DNA of 64,000 nt from Antedon mediterranea (lineage: Eukaryota; Animalia; Echinodermata): contig NC_092671.1 of assembly GCF_964355755.1 (NCBI RefSeq), positions 20,336,001 to 20,400,000 of the forward strand, given 5' to 3'. A model generated the notes under the pieces. It was not told where the DNA came from, ran no database searches, and saw only the letters and a list, made by a program, of their open reading frames with translations. Numbering within the stretch: position 1 is the first letter of the stretch; every line of letters begins with the position of its first letter. Made by a program: the position numbers and the translations under genes. Shown piece after piece: positions 1 through 11,432 of this stretch.

Positions 1-1095
1 AGTTACATGAAATATGCAAATTAGAGGGTGAAATCACATAATATAAGGCTAGAGAGTTGATTTTTTCAAAGACGAGTTTAGAATGTACATATTTCTATTG
101 CTCTAATGAAACATTTTACTAAAAAATTGAAGTACAAAAATTGACCCTTGACCCCATTTCTCAATGTTTGCATACAGAATGCGACTAAAATGTCTGTGTA
201 GAGTCTTTGTTTTGGCCTCAAATGACTCGTATAAAGGTTTCTGAGTAGGATTGTTTAGTATTATTCTCATACTCGCCTCCAAAGTATGCATATTAGTAGT
301 ATACAACGGGTGAAAGTTACCATATCATTATCGTTTTTCGCGATATGGCACCACTGTAATGTGTAACTTGTACTACTAATTTCCATACTTTCGAGATGCA
401 TGGCAGGGGTGTGATTTGGGAATTACAAAACGGTCCTATTCTGGCTTTTTGAAAATAGTATTCATCAATTTGAGGCAAAAACTAAATCTCTACAGACATT
501 TTAGTTACATAAATGCATTGAGAAATGGGGCTTGTACTTTTGTCATTTTTTATTACAGAAAATACAAATAAGTACATTCTGTGAAAAATCATCTCTCTAG
601 CATTAGCGGTTTAAGATTCGGCGGGAATGTTGTAGTTTCACCCCATAAATTACATATTTAATGTAACCTGTACCACTAATTTGCATATTTTCGAGGTGCG
701 TGATAAAGGTGTGATTTGGAAATTACTAAACGGTCCTATGCTGGCAATAGTAAACCTGTATCCAAGTCATGTATGTCTGTACAGACATTTTAGTTGCATT
801 ATTTATGCAAAATTGAGAAATGGGGTCATGGGAGCATATTTCATGTAACTTGTATTACTAATTGGCATACTTGTGAGGTGAGTGATTTACTTACTTTATT
901 AGAAACCTGTATCCGAGTCATTTGAAGGCAGAAAAAAGTCTATATAGACATTTTAATTTAATTATATAGGCCCTATGCAATAATTTGAAATGGGGTCGAG
1001 GGCAAAATGTCGTACATCCTGTTATTTTTTTGTAAAATGTTTCATTAGAGCAACTAGAGATAGGCCCTATGTACATTCTGAATGTGTCTGTGAAA
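1..1095. repeat. Degenerate tandem plus inverted repeat block (foldback/MITE-like relic), truncated at window start
   Basis: Unit starting tgtaac(t/c)tgta..actaat recurs near 363, 663 and 845; 100-240 is a degenerate reverse complement of about 930-1085. Confidence 0.6.
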
Positions 1096-1209
1096 TCGTC
1101 TATATAGATTAAAGTACAGTATAGCGATAAACGATGAATTCAAACTAAATATAATCATGAATCTTGCCCAGTGACATAGATAAAAAGACTTGATTTTTGT
1201 ATTCGATAG

Positions 1210-1271
1210 TGATACGTCTTTATTACAAATCAACTGTTGTCCCGGATATACTGGTACTGACTGTTATGAAG
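1210..1271 (+). CDS. MEGF10/Draper-like receptor, internal exon (end of EMI-like domain, ...QINCCPGYTGTDCYE)
   Basis: tag acceptor ending 1209, G|gtaagg donor; CCPGY motif typical of EMI domain ends; phase 1 matches next exon. Upstream exons not located. Confidence 0.75.
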
Positions 1272-1491
1272 GTAAGGGTTATGATATACATTGCCATAAT
1301 AATGTTTATTATAATGATTCATTATCATTATCACCACATCATCATCACCACCACGACACCATCATCAATAATAATAGTGGCCAACCTGTATCGGATCACA
1401 CAAGCCCATTACAATGTGAAATACTGAAAACTGATCCAACCAATCATTTATGCATCATTTTACTTCTCTTAATTTTTTCTTCCATTGGTAG

Positions 1492-2131
1492 AATGTCCGG
1501 AGAATATGTTTGGACTTAATTGTCTTGGTAACTGTGAATGCCAAAATGGTGCCACATGTAACCCCATCAACGGATCATGCACATGCCCTGATGGTTATAC
1601 CGGTGAATTTTGTGAGCGTACCTGTACGGAAGGATTATATGGTGGTGGATGCTTATTGACATGCCCTGATTGCCACACAGACAGCTACTGCGATCATACC
1701 AACGGTAGTTGCATTTGCCCTCCAAAACTTGAAGGTGAACTTTGTTCTGAAAAACAAAAGGGTAACCCAGACTTCTGTAGTTTTTGTCCACCAAGTGACG
1801 TATGTGGTGAAATTTCGTGCTGTGATTCTAGCAGTGACTTCTGCTTATGCGGACCTGGATGGACAGGGATTTATTGCACAGAACCATGTGAAGTAGGAAC
1901 CTTTGGAAAAAACTGTAAAAAGTACTGTGAATGTGAAAATAATTCTACTTGCTTGCATACAGACGGACGTTGCATATGCACACAAGGCTGGACAGGAACA
2001 TTATGCAACGAACCTTGTGAAAGTGGGTTTTTCGGGAACCAATGTTTTCAGATGTGCAACTGTCCAAATAATAGTACGTGTGACCACATAACAGGGGCAT
2101 GTCATTGTGCTGGTGACTGGCAGGGTATGAG
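1492..2131 (+). CDS. MEGF10/11/Draper/SCARF-like receptor, exon encoding tandem EGF/laminin-EGF-like repeats
   Basis: ORF 1485-2171 has repeated CPxxxFGxxCxxxCxCxNxAxCxxxxGxCxCxxG(Y/W)xGxxC units; acceptor tag 1489-1491; donor AG|gtatcg in phase with next exon. Confidence 0.92.
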
Positions 2132-2732
2132 GTATCGTATTCTGTTTAGATTGATTTTATTCATTAATTAAAATTATTTATGGACCTTCTTCCTAAATTA
2201 TGTAGTCCTGCTTTAGTTTAGATATAGATAGTGAATTATAATCAAATTAACTATTACGTTTAAAATATAATATATAATATAACTGCACCGCACATCATAA
2301 ATCGGCAATTACATGATATAGATGTAATAATTTACTGCAATACCGTATTAATTCGAATACACCTTTTTAGGGGTAGTTGGGTGGGTTGTTGTTATTCGAG
2401 AGGGAGGTGTTTATTCGGGTGAGGCGTTTATTTATTTGGCTGTAATATGGTAACATGTATAATCAAATAAATACCCTCTTAGATATAAAAAAAAAAATAC
2501 AACACAATTATATTAAGAAATGATAAGTGAAAATTGTATCAACATTCTTGGTAAATTGTGGATCTTGTCAATCAATGAATTCTACTACAAATAGAAATGC
2601 AATATTGTGTATAAATGCATGTGGTGGGGCGTTTATTACAGGATATTATTAGTAAATTGGGCGTTTATTCGAATAAATACTGTATTCCTTAAAATTATTT
2701 CAAGAATGAGTTGACATTCGTTTTATTTACAG

Positions 2733-2797
2733 ATGTAATGAAGGAATACATTGTAAACCTAATGAAAATTGTCGGCCTGCAAACGGAACGTGCATAG
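2733..2797 (+). CDS. MEGF10/Draper-like receptor exon (CNEGIHCKPNENCRPANGTCI)
   Basis: tttacag acceptor, G|gtaata donor, Cys-rich and phase-compatible on both sides. Confidence 0.8.
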
Positions 2798-2885
2798 GTA
2801 ATAACTAATATTTTATAGTATCGATGGTAATTGTGATGATAATATCATGATAATAAGAATAATTATTATTGTTATTATTACTATT

Positions 2886-4530
2886 ATTTACCTCCGCGAA
2901 GGCGGTATATGTAGTCGATCGCGTGTTTTTGTTTGTCTGTTTGTGTTTGTTAGTGGGATTACTCAAAAAGTAATTACAATTTACCAAAATGAAAATACAG
3001 ATAGATAGATATGTGGTCAAGGACATCAAGGCATCCGGACCACGGTCCCAATTCTGGACCACTTTTTAGTATAAATTGTTAAAAGAAAGGACAGAATTTT
3101 CAAAAGCCGATGAGTAGTTTTAAAGTAACAATTAGGCCTAAACTGAAAACGCATTTTCTCGAGAACTACTTCATTTGTGATTTGTAATTTACCTCCGCCA
3201 AGGAGGTATATGTAATCGGTAGCGTGTATTTGTTTGTTACTTGGCCAAATTGAAAATTGGCCAAGTATGTTGATCTGTTTGGTTTGTGTGTGTGTTTGTT
3301 TGTTTGTTTGTCATCACTCTAGTGCTCACAGTTTTGATTCGAATGACACCAAATTACTACCATACATGTCACCTTGTGCAAGGACGACACTGCCCAATTT
3401 TGGTTAAAATCTGGACCACGGTCCCAATTCTGGATCACTTTTAAAAAGTATGTTCAGACCTGCTAGTGTTAAAAGATTGGACAGAATTATCAAAATCCGG
3501 TGAGCAGTCTTAAATTAACAAGTAAACTACTAAAATTGCATTTTCTCGAGAACTACTTGTCCAAAAAACTTCATTTTTGTACAAGAGGCAAGTGTTATAA
3601 TTTGTGATTTGTAATTTTAAAACATAATTAGATTTAATGTACAGGTTTTTTGATGCGAATAGTTTTAAAAACCTATTTCTTTTCAAATTCACCCGTGTGT
3701 TTTTCCCGCGTGCTGTTCTATTGTTCGGTTCGGTTTGTGTGTGTGTTTGTCATCGCTCTATCGCTCACAATGGTAAATACACATAGGAATCTTTCTTCAA
3801 ATGTTAGTCAGTTGTGTATGGCTCGGTGGTCTGTGCTGGTGTCTACAGCATTTAAGTTACCGAGATCGAGTCTCACCTTGGGAAATGAAACGAAATCAGA
3901 TTTTTTTTTTATTGTTTGTTGATTTATAATTAAATTTAGAGAAATTATGTCTCTATTTTCATGTTACATGGGAGGTTTATAACATATACTGAACTTTGAT
4001 CAGGTTAAAATCGGTCAAGGTCAAGTTTGTTTAGGAGGCCAATTTGATTTGGCCAAGTATCGCGCTATGCGCGAAGGCTAGTTTGTTTGTTAGCAGGATT
4101 ACTCAAAAAGTAATTACAAGATCTTCACCAAAATAAATATACAGATAGATATGTGGTCAAGGACCATTCCATCAAATTTTGGGACAATTGTCCCAATTCT
4201 GGACCACTTTTTAGTATACTTTTCAGACCTGCTAGTGTTAAAAGATAGGACAGAATTTTTCAAAAGCCGGCGAGCAGTCTTAAATTAACAAGTATACTGA
4301 AATTGCATTTTCTCGAGAATTACTTGTCCAAAAAACTTCATTTTTGTACAAGAGGCAAGAGTTATAATTTTTAATTTGTAATTTTATAACATAATTTGAT
4401 TAAATGTGCACGTTTTTTTATGCCAGTAGTTTAAAAAACCTATTTTCTTTTCAAATTCACTCGTTTGATTTTCGCGTTGCTGTTCTATTGTTAGTCAACT
4501 GAAGCTATTGTTAATTGAAAGGCTTGTTAC
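2886..4530 (+). mobile_element. Cluster of nested Helentron-associated (HINE/DINE-1-like) non-autonomous elements
   Basis: 5' hairpins TTTACCTCCGC(G/C)AAGG(C/A)GGTA near 2888 and 3188 followed by (GTTT)n; a second family at 3237-4083 has a 5' hairpin ACTTGGCCAA..TTGGCCAAGT, a subterminal copy at 4049-4059, a 3' stem-loop at 4060-4074 and a CTAGTT end. Confidence 0.65.
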
Positions 4531-4773
4531 ACAACCATTACACCAAACTCGCATACACATGCTTGTAGTGAAATTAGCCTAAATCACAAACAGCATTAAG
4601 ACACACACAAATATATATATATATATTTTTTTTACCGGAGAAATCTTATGTAGGAGAATTTTACAGTAGGAAAATTCTTGTCTAGAAAAGTTGGATTCGA
4701 GCTTAGTAAGAATTATTTATTGGTTCTTTCGTTAAAAACGTTTAATGACAATTACCGGTATCTTTATCAACAG

Positions 4774-4906
4774 CCGATGTGGAAACTATTTCCAAGAGGA
4801 CACCACCAATTAAAAGTGGTATTGCAGCCGGTGCGGGCGCCACTACATTCCTCTGTCTAGTTGTATTGACAATATATTGCATGAAAAGAACAAAAGTACA
4901 ATCAAG
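4774..4906 (+). CDS. MEGF10/Draper-like receptor, transmembrane exon (GIAAGAGATTFLCLVVLTIYCM-KRTK)
   Basis: caacag acceptor, AG|gtatgt donor; hydrophobic helix followed by basic stop-transfer residues. Confidence 0.85.
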
Positions 4907-5102
4907 GTATGTATGCATACTATACTAATCATCAGATATCTAACTTGCATTATATGCTCGAATGTGCATATATACAGATCTAATCCAAACTTTTCTATAA
5001 TACGTTAGATTCTTTTAATTTCGACTATTAGGCCTATACCGTATTTTTGTACAGTGTTCTTATAATATTTAAGCATACTTTATTTATTCTTTACTGTTTT
5101 AG

Positions 5103-5143
5103 AACATTTAGTATGGAGAGAAAAGTTCCTATTTCTTCGAATG
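5103..5143 (+). CDS. MEGF10/Draper-like receptor, small cytoplasmic exon (TFSMERKVPISSN)
   Basis: ttttag acceptor, G|gtaagt donor; phases 2 and 1 link the flanking exons. Confidence 0.8.
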
Positions 5144-5294
5144 GTAAGTGACCAATTAAAATTAATAAATATTTATACTTGTTTGACTTACCTACTGTAA
5201 TATATTACCTTTATAATATACAATGAGTATAAGCAATAAATATCGCAGAAATTATAGAAAACGAAATAAGTCTATTATTATTATTATACTGCAG

Positions 5295-5533
5295 GGCCTC
5301 AGCCACCACCACGACCAGGATTCGCAACGTTCAACAATGAACCAGTTTACGATTCTATTGGTGAAGATGGGCATTATATAGAAATAATTGATAATAAGCC
5401 ATCAGGCATCTATAATCCCGAGTATATAATATCAGGAGGTGAAGGTTACTTAATACCAAGCACAAGACCTACATCATCAGAACATCAGGACACAAGCAGT
5501 AGTGGATCAAATTATTCAACTGATAGTTCGTAA
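5295..5533 (+). CDS. MEGF10/Draper-like receptor, last coding exon (cytoplasmic tail with PPPRP, YDSI, YIEI, NPEY, YLIP)
   Basis: ctgcag acceptor; open frame to TAA at 5531-5533; tyrosine motifs typical of engulfment receptors. Confidence 0.85.
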
Positions 5534-5569
5534 AACTATGTGATTGATCATATATATAAAGATGCAAAG

Positions 5570-5995
5570 AACATAATTCTAAACCGCCCGGTGATATACT
5601 GAACATTTATTAATTAATTTGAAACGAAGAGTCGCTATGCAATCGAGTTTCCACAATTACCATGAAATGCCCAGTAGTATAATGTCAGGACATCTGCATA
5701 TCAAGAAAAAGGTTCTGGGTTCGAATCTCGGTTTCGGTGACGTTTTCTTATTCTCACAGATTTCCTCATCTTTATCGTTTCAAATTAATTAATTAATTAC
5801 CGTACATTTCAGTATTTCACCAGGAAAGGTGGGATCTCTGAAGAGATACCTTTTTATATGTAATATTACAGGCACAGAATAAATTCTAAACCACCCGGAA
5901 TAGCACTAGTCCCTCAGTTGTACGCACGCGCACCAGAGATCAAATTGATACGCCCTCATCTTTCAGTATTTTATTCACGGAGCGGGATGCGGGAT
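5570..5995. repeat. Dispersed composite repeat containing a tRNA-like (Pol III A/B box) cassette, rearranged copy
   Basis: Shares aattctaaaccgcccggtgatatactga and gttgtacgcacgcgcaccagagatcaaattgatacgccctc with 15680-16345 and 20480-20890; B-box GGTTCGAATC near 5718. Confidence 0.75.
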
Positions 5996-7106
5996 ATAGG
6001 CTATATAATGGATATATAGTATAGTGACAGCTGTTATAGCTACCACCATTTTGAAATAATCTTGTATAAATAAATAAGAGAAAAAATATAACACCAAAAT
6101 AAAAACGTTTTTTCAACGAACATGAATTTGAAAATGATATATCACAAAAGAAAGGAATTAATTGCATGCCTATTACACACATGATAATTAGGCCTATAAC
6201 ATCATAAATTCAGGTTCTATGTATATATAGTACTGTATATCGATCTATACAGCAGCGTGGGAGCAATGTTATTGGAATTAAGTACTTTGTTTACTGCTGT
6301 GTTTTCTTTCGGATTCTAATTTGAAATACAAATTTAACATGTGTTATTTTTGTTGCTACCATGAGTGCGGGAAATTTACTTTACAGAACCAAATACACAT
6401 AATGGATTAGTCTTAAGTCGAATAAAATAGATATATAGGTATACAGTATAAGTGTATTATTAGAATAATATACTTTTTTTTTAATAAGTTGAATTAGTGG
6501 TGAACTGGTCAACAACACTATTTGAACTTAATATAATTGTAAACCGAAATAATCAACACATACAATGTACAAAACATTTTCTTTTTAGACAATAATTTAA
6601 ATATAATAGATACTCGAGACATTTTCTACGAACGTCGACTACTTTTAGACACAAAATCGTATATTTATTTTACTAGATACTTGAATTCAATTAATAATTG
6701 AAGTAAGTAATTACATTTATACTGTTCAAGTTTAAGTGTACTATGTTTTTCCTATAAAACATCGGTATGTGATAATGTTTTAATCTTAATAAGAATTTGA
6801 AAGTGTCATTGAGTGTCAATGAAAATTAAAGATTAAAATGTCTGTTTTTTCTTTTTACAAACTCGGTTCGTTAACCTCAAATAATATATTATAATCACAC
6901 TCATTTATCCAAATTAATTACTAAACAATTTTAATATTCCAATTCGGCTCTTTGGTGTGGTAAATTTGAAAATGTAAATGTTTTAAAAATGAATCCGTTG
7001 AAGAATTATGGAGGTCTGGTCTTATTGTGAAGTGAGTGTGTCATGTACTATATTATTAATGTGTAGACAGACCTACCATGGAGCTAGCTCCATGGACCTA
7101 CTGTAA

Positions 7107-7281
7107 GGCCAATTTACACAGATAAGAGGAGCGGTAACGGTAAGCAAGCAGAAATGCGCGTACCGTACCACGTATAATCTGTATCTATCCGTTTTGTGTA
7201 ATCGGCCATAAGAAATAATATAGAATAACAGATTCTATATTTGTGTTGACGGCCGTTACTGATCGTCTGTATAAATTCGGC
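7107..7281. mobile_element. Small MITE, Harbinger/Tourist-like
   Basis: Imperfect terminal inverted repeats ggccaatttacacaga / tctgtataaattcggc; TAA on the left flank. Confidence 0.4.
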
Positions 7282-9967
7282 GCGGTCTATAGCCTATTCA
7301 AACGCCATGATAAACTAAATACAGAATTAGGAAGTATGCCCTTTACAACAACATAAAACATATAATGCATTCATAATGTTATCATTATTTTTAATGTTTG
7401 ATTATTATAATTATTACTACAATAAATGGTACAATTCAGTTTCTTGTTCAGTTCAATACCCTTTTGTTTTCATCTGATCTGCACGAATAAGCTTAATTAT
7501 TATTTAATATGCATTGCCGTAAAAATTGAATAAATGGATTATATATAAATTATTTACTAAATCCAATGGTGTAGGCAATACATGTTTGTAATTTTAAACA
7601 GTTGCATAGAAATACCGTTTGATATCCTTATTAATGTATTTTATAAACGTGTTGCGGTAATGCCTAATGGTTTACAACCCCAGAGAATAATGACACTGAA
7701 CTTGAATGTTGACACAGAAGAATTATATATTCATTTATATAAAACACATTGTAAGTGACTTCACTAAATAAACATCATAAATGAATCATTTGAAATTGAA
7801 AAATCGCAACTTCATTTGCTGTCGTTACTCAGTCACAAACAGAAAATGAACAAAGGCATAGTTAGGTTAATGTTACAAAATCGATATGTTTTATTTTACG
7901 GTTGGGACAAAACTTATTTAATACTGTATTAGATGATTTGAAACTTACGTTTTAGTGCTACAATTAATATAAGTATCATACTACTAAGTTAAATTCACCG
8001 TTTTATACATCGATTGAGCACAACACAAATTGCCATTTTAAAAACAGATACATGTCAATTTAATTACAAAACAAAAACATCTGATGCTATCTAAGTAAGT
8101 GGTTACAAGAATATACCAATTACTGACTATAAAACAGAATAAGAATATTCGTTTATGTTCTTACTGAGAATTGACTCCATATTGTATCGCTTGTCAAACG
8201 TTTGACCAACCGTCGATATTTCGTATTCTAAATATTCATTGACTTGCTAAAAGCATTTAAAATAAAATGAATGAATAAAACAGTTTCTAGTGCAATATGA
8301 ATAAAGTTAACAGTACAATAATAATACTATTCTTATTCAATTGAACATTTTAGGAAATTATCCATCCAATGACGTTTTAATTGTTAATAATAATGCTAAC
8401 ATCATTATTCACTCAAAATATATTCATAATCTGTTGCATTTTTATTACTAAAACATTTATTAAATTTATTTTTATGGATACTATAGTTAGTATACTACTT
8501 GCTTTAGTATACTGCATTTACGAATGTTATTTAATAATGGAGGCAACTAATTCATGTTGGTATACTTTCTAAATGTATAACATAATATCGCATATCGTGT
8601 ATCTCACGAGTCGTCTCTTATGAGTGGTCTACTGGTTGCTTAGGTCATTTTATTTACCGATAATGAACTACTGACCATGATGTTTAATGCATTTTCATGG
8701 TTCGATCTCTGTTACTCTTTGAACAGACCTGTTTCAAGACAATATTCGCACTGCGAATTAGATTGATTCTGCTTGTAACAGATGAATATATCTATGCTCC
8801 TGGCCACGCTTAACTCTTGTATCATTATATGATATTATAATATTGTCCATAGGATTAAGGAGTTTACACCATGTTCGTTATCGTGTTCAACTCCATTACT
8901 CAAAAGCACTGTACCTTCTTCGATAGTAAACGTATAATAAGGTGATTTTGATTTATTCGATTGATCAGAACGTTTTGAATTATAGAAATTGATTTGAGTT
9001 GACGATGGTTTTAGTAATTACACCCGAATACAGAGGAAATTTTAATGGCAAGGCGCGCTGCATTTAGCATGGTGTGTCATGTTCTGTCGGTGTGGGAGGG
9101 GAATGACGGTGGGCGAACCCGTGAGTCACAGCTATGTTTTACGTATGGTTATACACTATACAACACATTAACTTGTTCGTATATAGAACTATACAGTAAT
9201 TGCATCAAGCAAACATGTTTATGATATAGGCAAATATATAGTTGGATGTATTAACTTTTGTATTCGAAAAAATACAATATAAACTAATTTGTTCTCCTAT
9301 CTTTACTAGTTTGTATTATTATTATATACAAATAAATACATTTATATTTGTTTTGACAATTGTAAACAGGTATGGACTTATCAGCGGGAATTAGAAGTAC
9401 AGTGCTAGAAATTAGTCTTGGTAGCCTATACCACGCTGCCAATCTAGGTAAGGATATTTACCATGAGCATAAATTGACAAGTAGCTGCAGCTAAAAAAGG
9501 CTGATTATATACAGTAATTTGACATAAATATTGGCATTTTATCCATACTTTGATCTTGAGTAACGTTTAATTTTTGTTATATCCTGCATATCGGTTTAAA
9601 ATTGATAATCCGTAAAGTCAAATAAATTGTTGATTAATCGTGGTATCCTACAAAAGAAAACATAATTAGTATTGATAAATTATAAGGCCTATATTATCGT
9701 TGTTGTATAATGTTTTAACTGTTGTTATTATCACACCCATTCAAAGAAGCATGTTCATTTTTCCTCAACATCACATGAGATAGATGGTTGAATATAGCAA
9801 CTCAACTTACTTTATTCATATTATTTTCCATCCGATAAATCAAACAATATTATAATGGCATTGCGTCACATATGTTAATTGCCACCAATGGCTGGTGGCT
9901 GAAGAGAAACCAATAAGGGTCTTGACAAACACTGATATGACTTTGGATGTGTACAAAATGTATTTAC

Positions 9968-10112
9968 CTATTCCGTATATGCTGTTTTCTTTAAATTATT
10001 GTGTTCAAATACAGTGAGCATCCAAGGTGACACTTTTCGAGCTTCATTTTTATTTTTAGATAAATTTCCAATCCAACTAGGTGCCGATTCCAGTCTCTTT
10101 TCTGTAGCAAAG
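9968..10112 (-). CDS. Probable second coding exon of the neuropeptide precursor (FATEKRLESAPSWIGNLSKNKNEARKVSPWMLTVFEHNNLKKTAYTE*)
   Basis: atacacag acceptor in phase 2, matching a GC donor at 11292; KR, RK and KK dibasic sites; the stop codon is immediately followed by a gtaaat donor. Confidence 0.5.
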
Positions 10113-11292
10113 CTGTGTATAATGACAAATAAGAGTATCAAATTATTCAGAGGTATAACACATTCAATAATAAACAATAGCTTTTATAATAAGAAAAAAA
10201 ACCTAATGGAAATTATAAATAAAGTCGAGTGTGTTTTTTTTATGGATAAATGTGATGTGAGAAGCAATTTCACGTGCGAGATCTCGACCAAACAGAATTT
10301 TAAAGAAAGTGATTTCCGTACCAAATGTACTTTATCAATTAAATATCAATTAATAGGACAATTTGACTGGTTGTTAATAAAACAGAAATAAAGGAATAGC
10401 GTCATTTTAAAATAGCACCAATTATTATCGTTATTAATATCATGATACTAATTTCTCAGTTATAATGAATGCCCTCAACCAAAATCATGCATGATATATC
10501 TACATAGGAATAAGACAGTTTTCAAAAAGGCTTAAGTGAACACATAAACTGCTCAAGTAAATGATTTGATTGAATAGGCCACCATATTAATTAACTAATT
10601 TGATCCAAATTGATCCGGTTAGCACAGCAAAGTTTAATCTATCGTTATTTTTCTAAACCACTTGATACCTTTCTGGAACTCTTCACAGACATGAATTAGG
10701 CCTAATGGTAATCAGAAAATAAAAATAAAGCACACACTAAGCAAGATAAAACAATAAACTTAGAAGTATCAAACCACAGAGTGGTCAATATATGTTTTAT
10801 AAGAGGCGTTTACAAGTATAAACTGCAAAATATATGACATGACATAAGAAAACAAGGTAGTCCTATATCTTCATTTGAGAAAAATAATTTTGTATGAAAA
10901 ATTGCAGGAACAAGATAGAGGAAAAGTAGAAGGGAGATGAATCGGTGTCCCTCCTTTCTACATGCCCGACCAGAGAATTAAGAACGGTAGGTCTAACATT
11001 TACATCTGGTCTAGTTTGATTTGCTCTGAGTAAAAATTAACACTATTGTATGAATTTACTTGTTGCCTGGTCAGATAAAAATGAATTAAATGATTGTAAT
11101 ACAACTCTTTAAATTAAACCTCATGAAATCTAATGTTCAATGAAATACTTTAAATGAAGTCAATATAGTACAGTATTGGATCCATTATCCTGTCGCTATT
11201 TTTACTGACTTTTGTTTTTACTGTTATTGATACAGTGTATAACCCTTATAGTCACTACTATTATGCTACTAGAAATTAGGATTATTACTTGC

Positions 11293-11432
11293 CTATTAGT
11301 ATTGTCCCGTTTACCCCATCGTTGGCGTGATCTGATTCTACAACCTTGTGGTGGGCATCCATTTGGTCTGGCAAAGCACGGGGTCAGTAACATCACAACA
11401 AACAGTGTAACTATACTCAACCGCATCACCAT
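11293..11432 (-). CDS. Neuropeptide precursor, first coding exon: signal peptide + RPNGCPPQGCRIRSRQRW-G-KR
   Basis: MVMRLSIVTLFVVMLLTPCFA has signal-peptide n/h/c regions; directly followed by a two-Cys peptide ending in the GKR amidation/convertase signal; donor AG|gcaagt (or CAA|gtaata, exon end 11289). Confidence 0.8.

Noticed and set aside
1190-1519. His-rich 109-aa ORF
   Set aside because: Read-through of a short exon into an intron with a (CAT/CAC)n microsatellite.
10669-10701. 33-nt exon-like segment that would read RPNSCL* in phase 2
   Set aside because: Too short; resemblance to RPNGC may be chance and it overlaps the ubiquitous taggccta word.
11307-11369. Naming the peptide luqin, kisspeptin, NPY or vasopressin/oxytocin
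   Set aside because: Only partial resemblance to each: no KFMRW, no LPF/RF end, no intron in the penultimate Arg codon, no neurophysin domain; gene symbol left blank.
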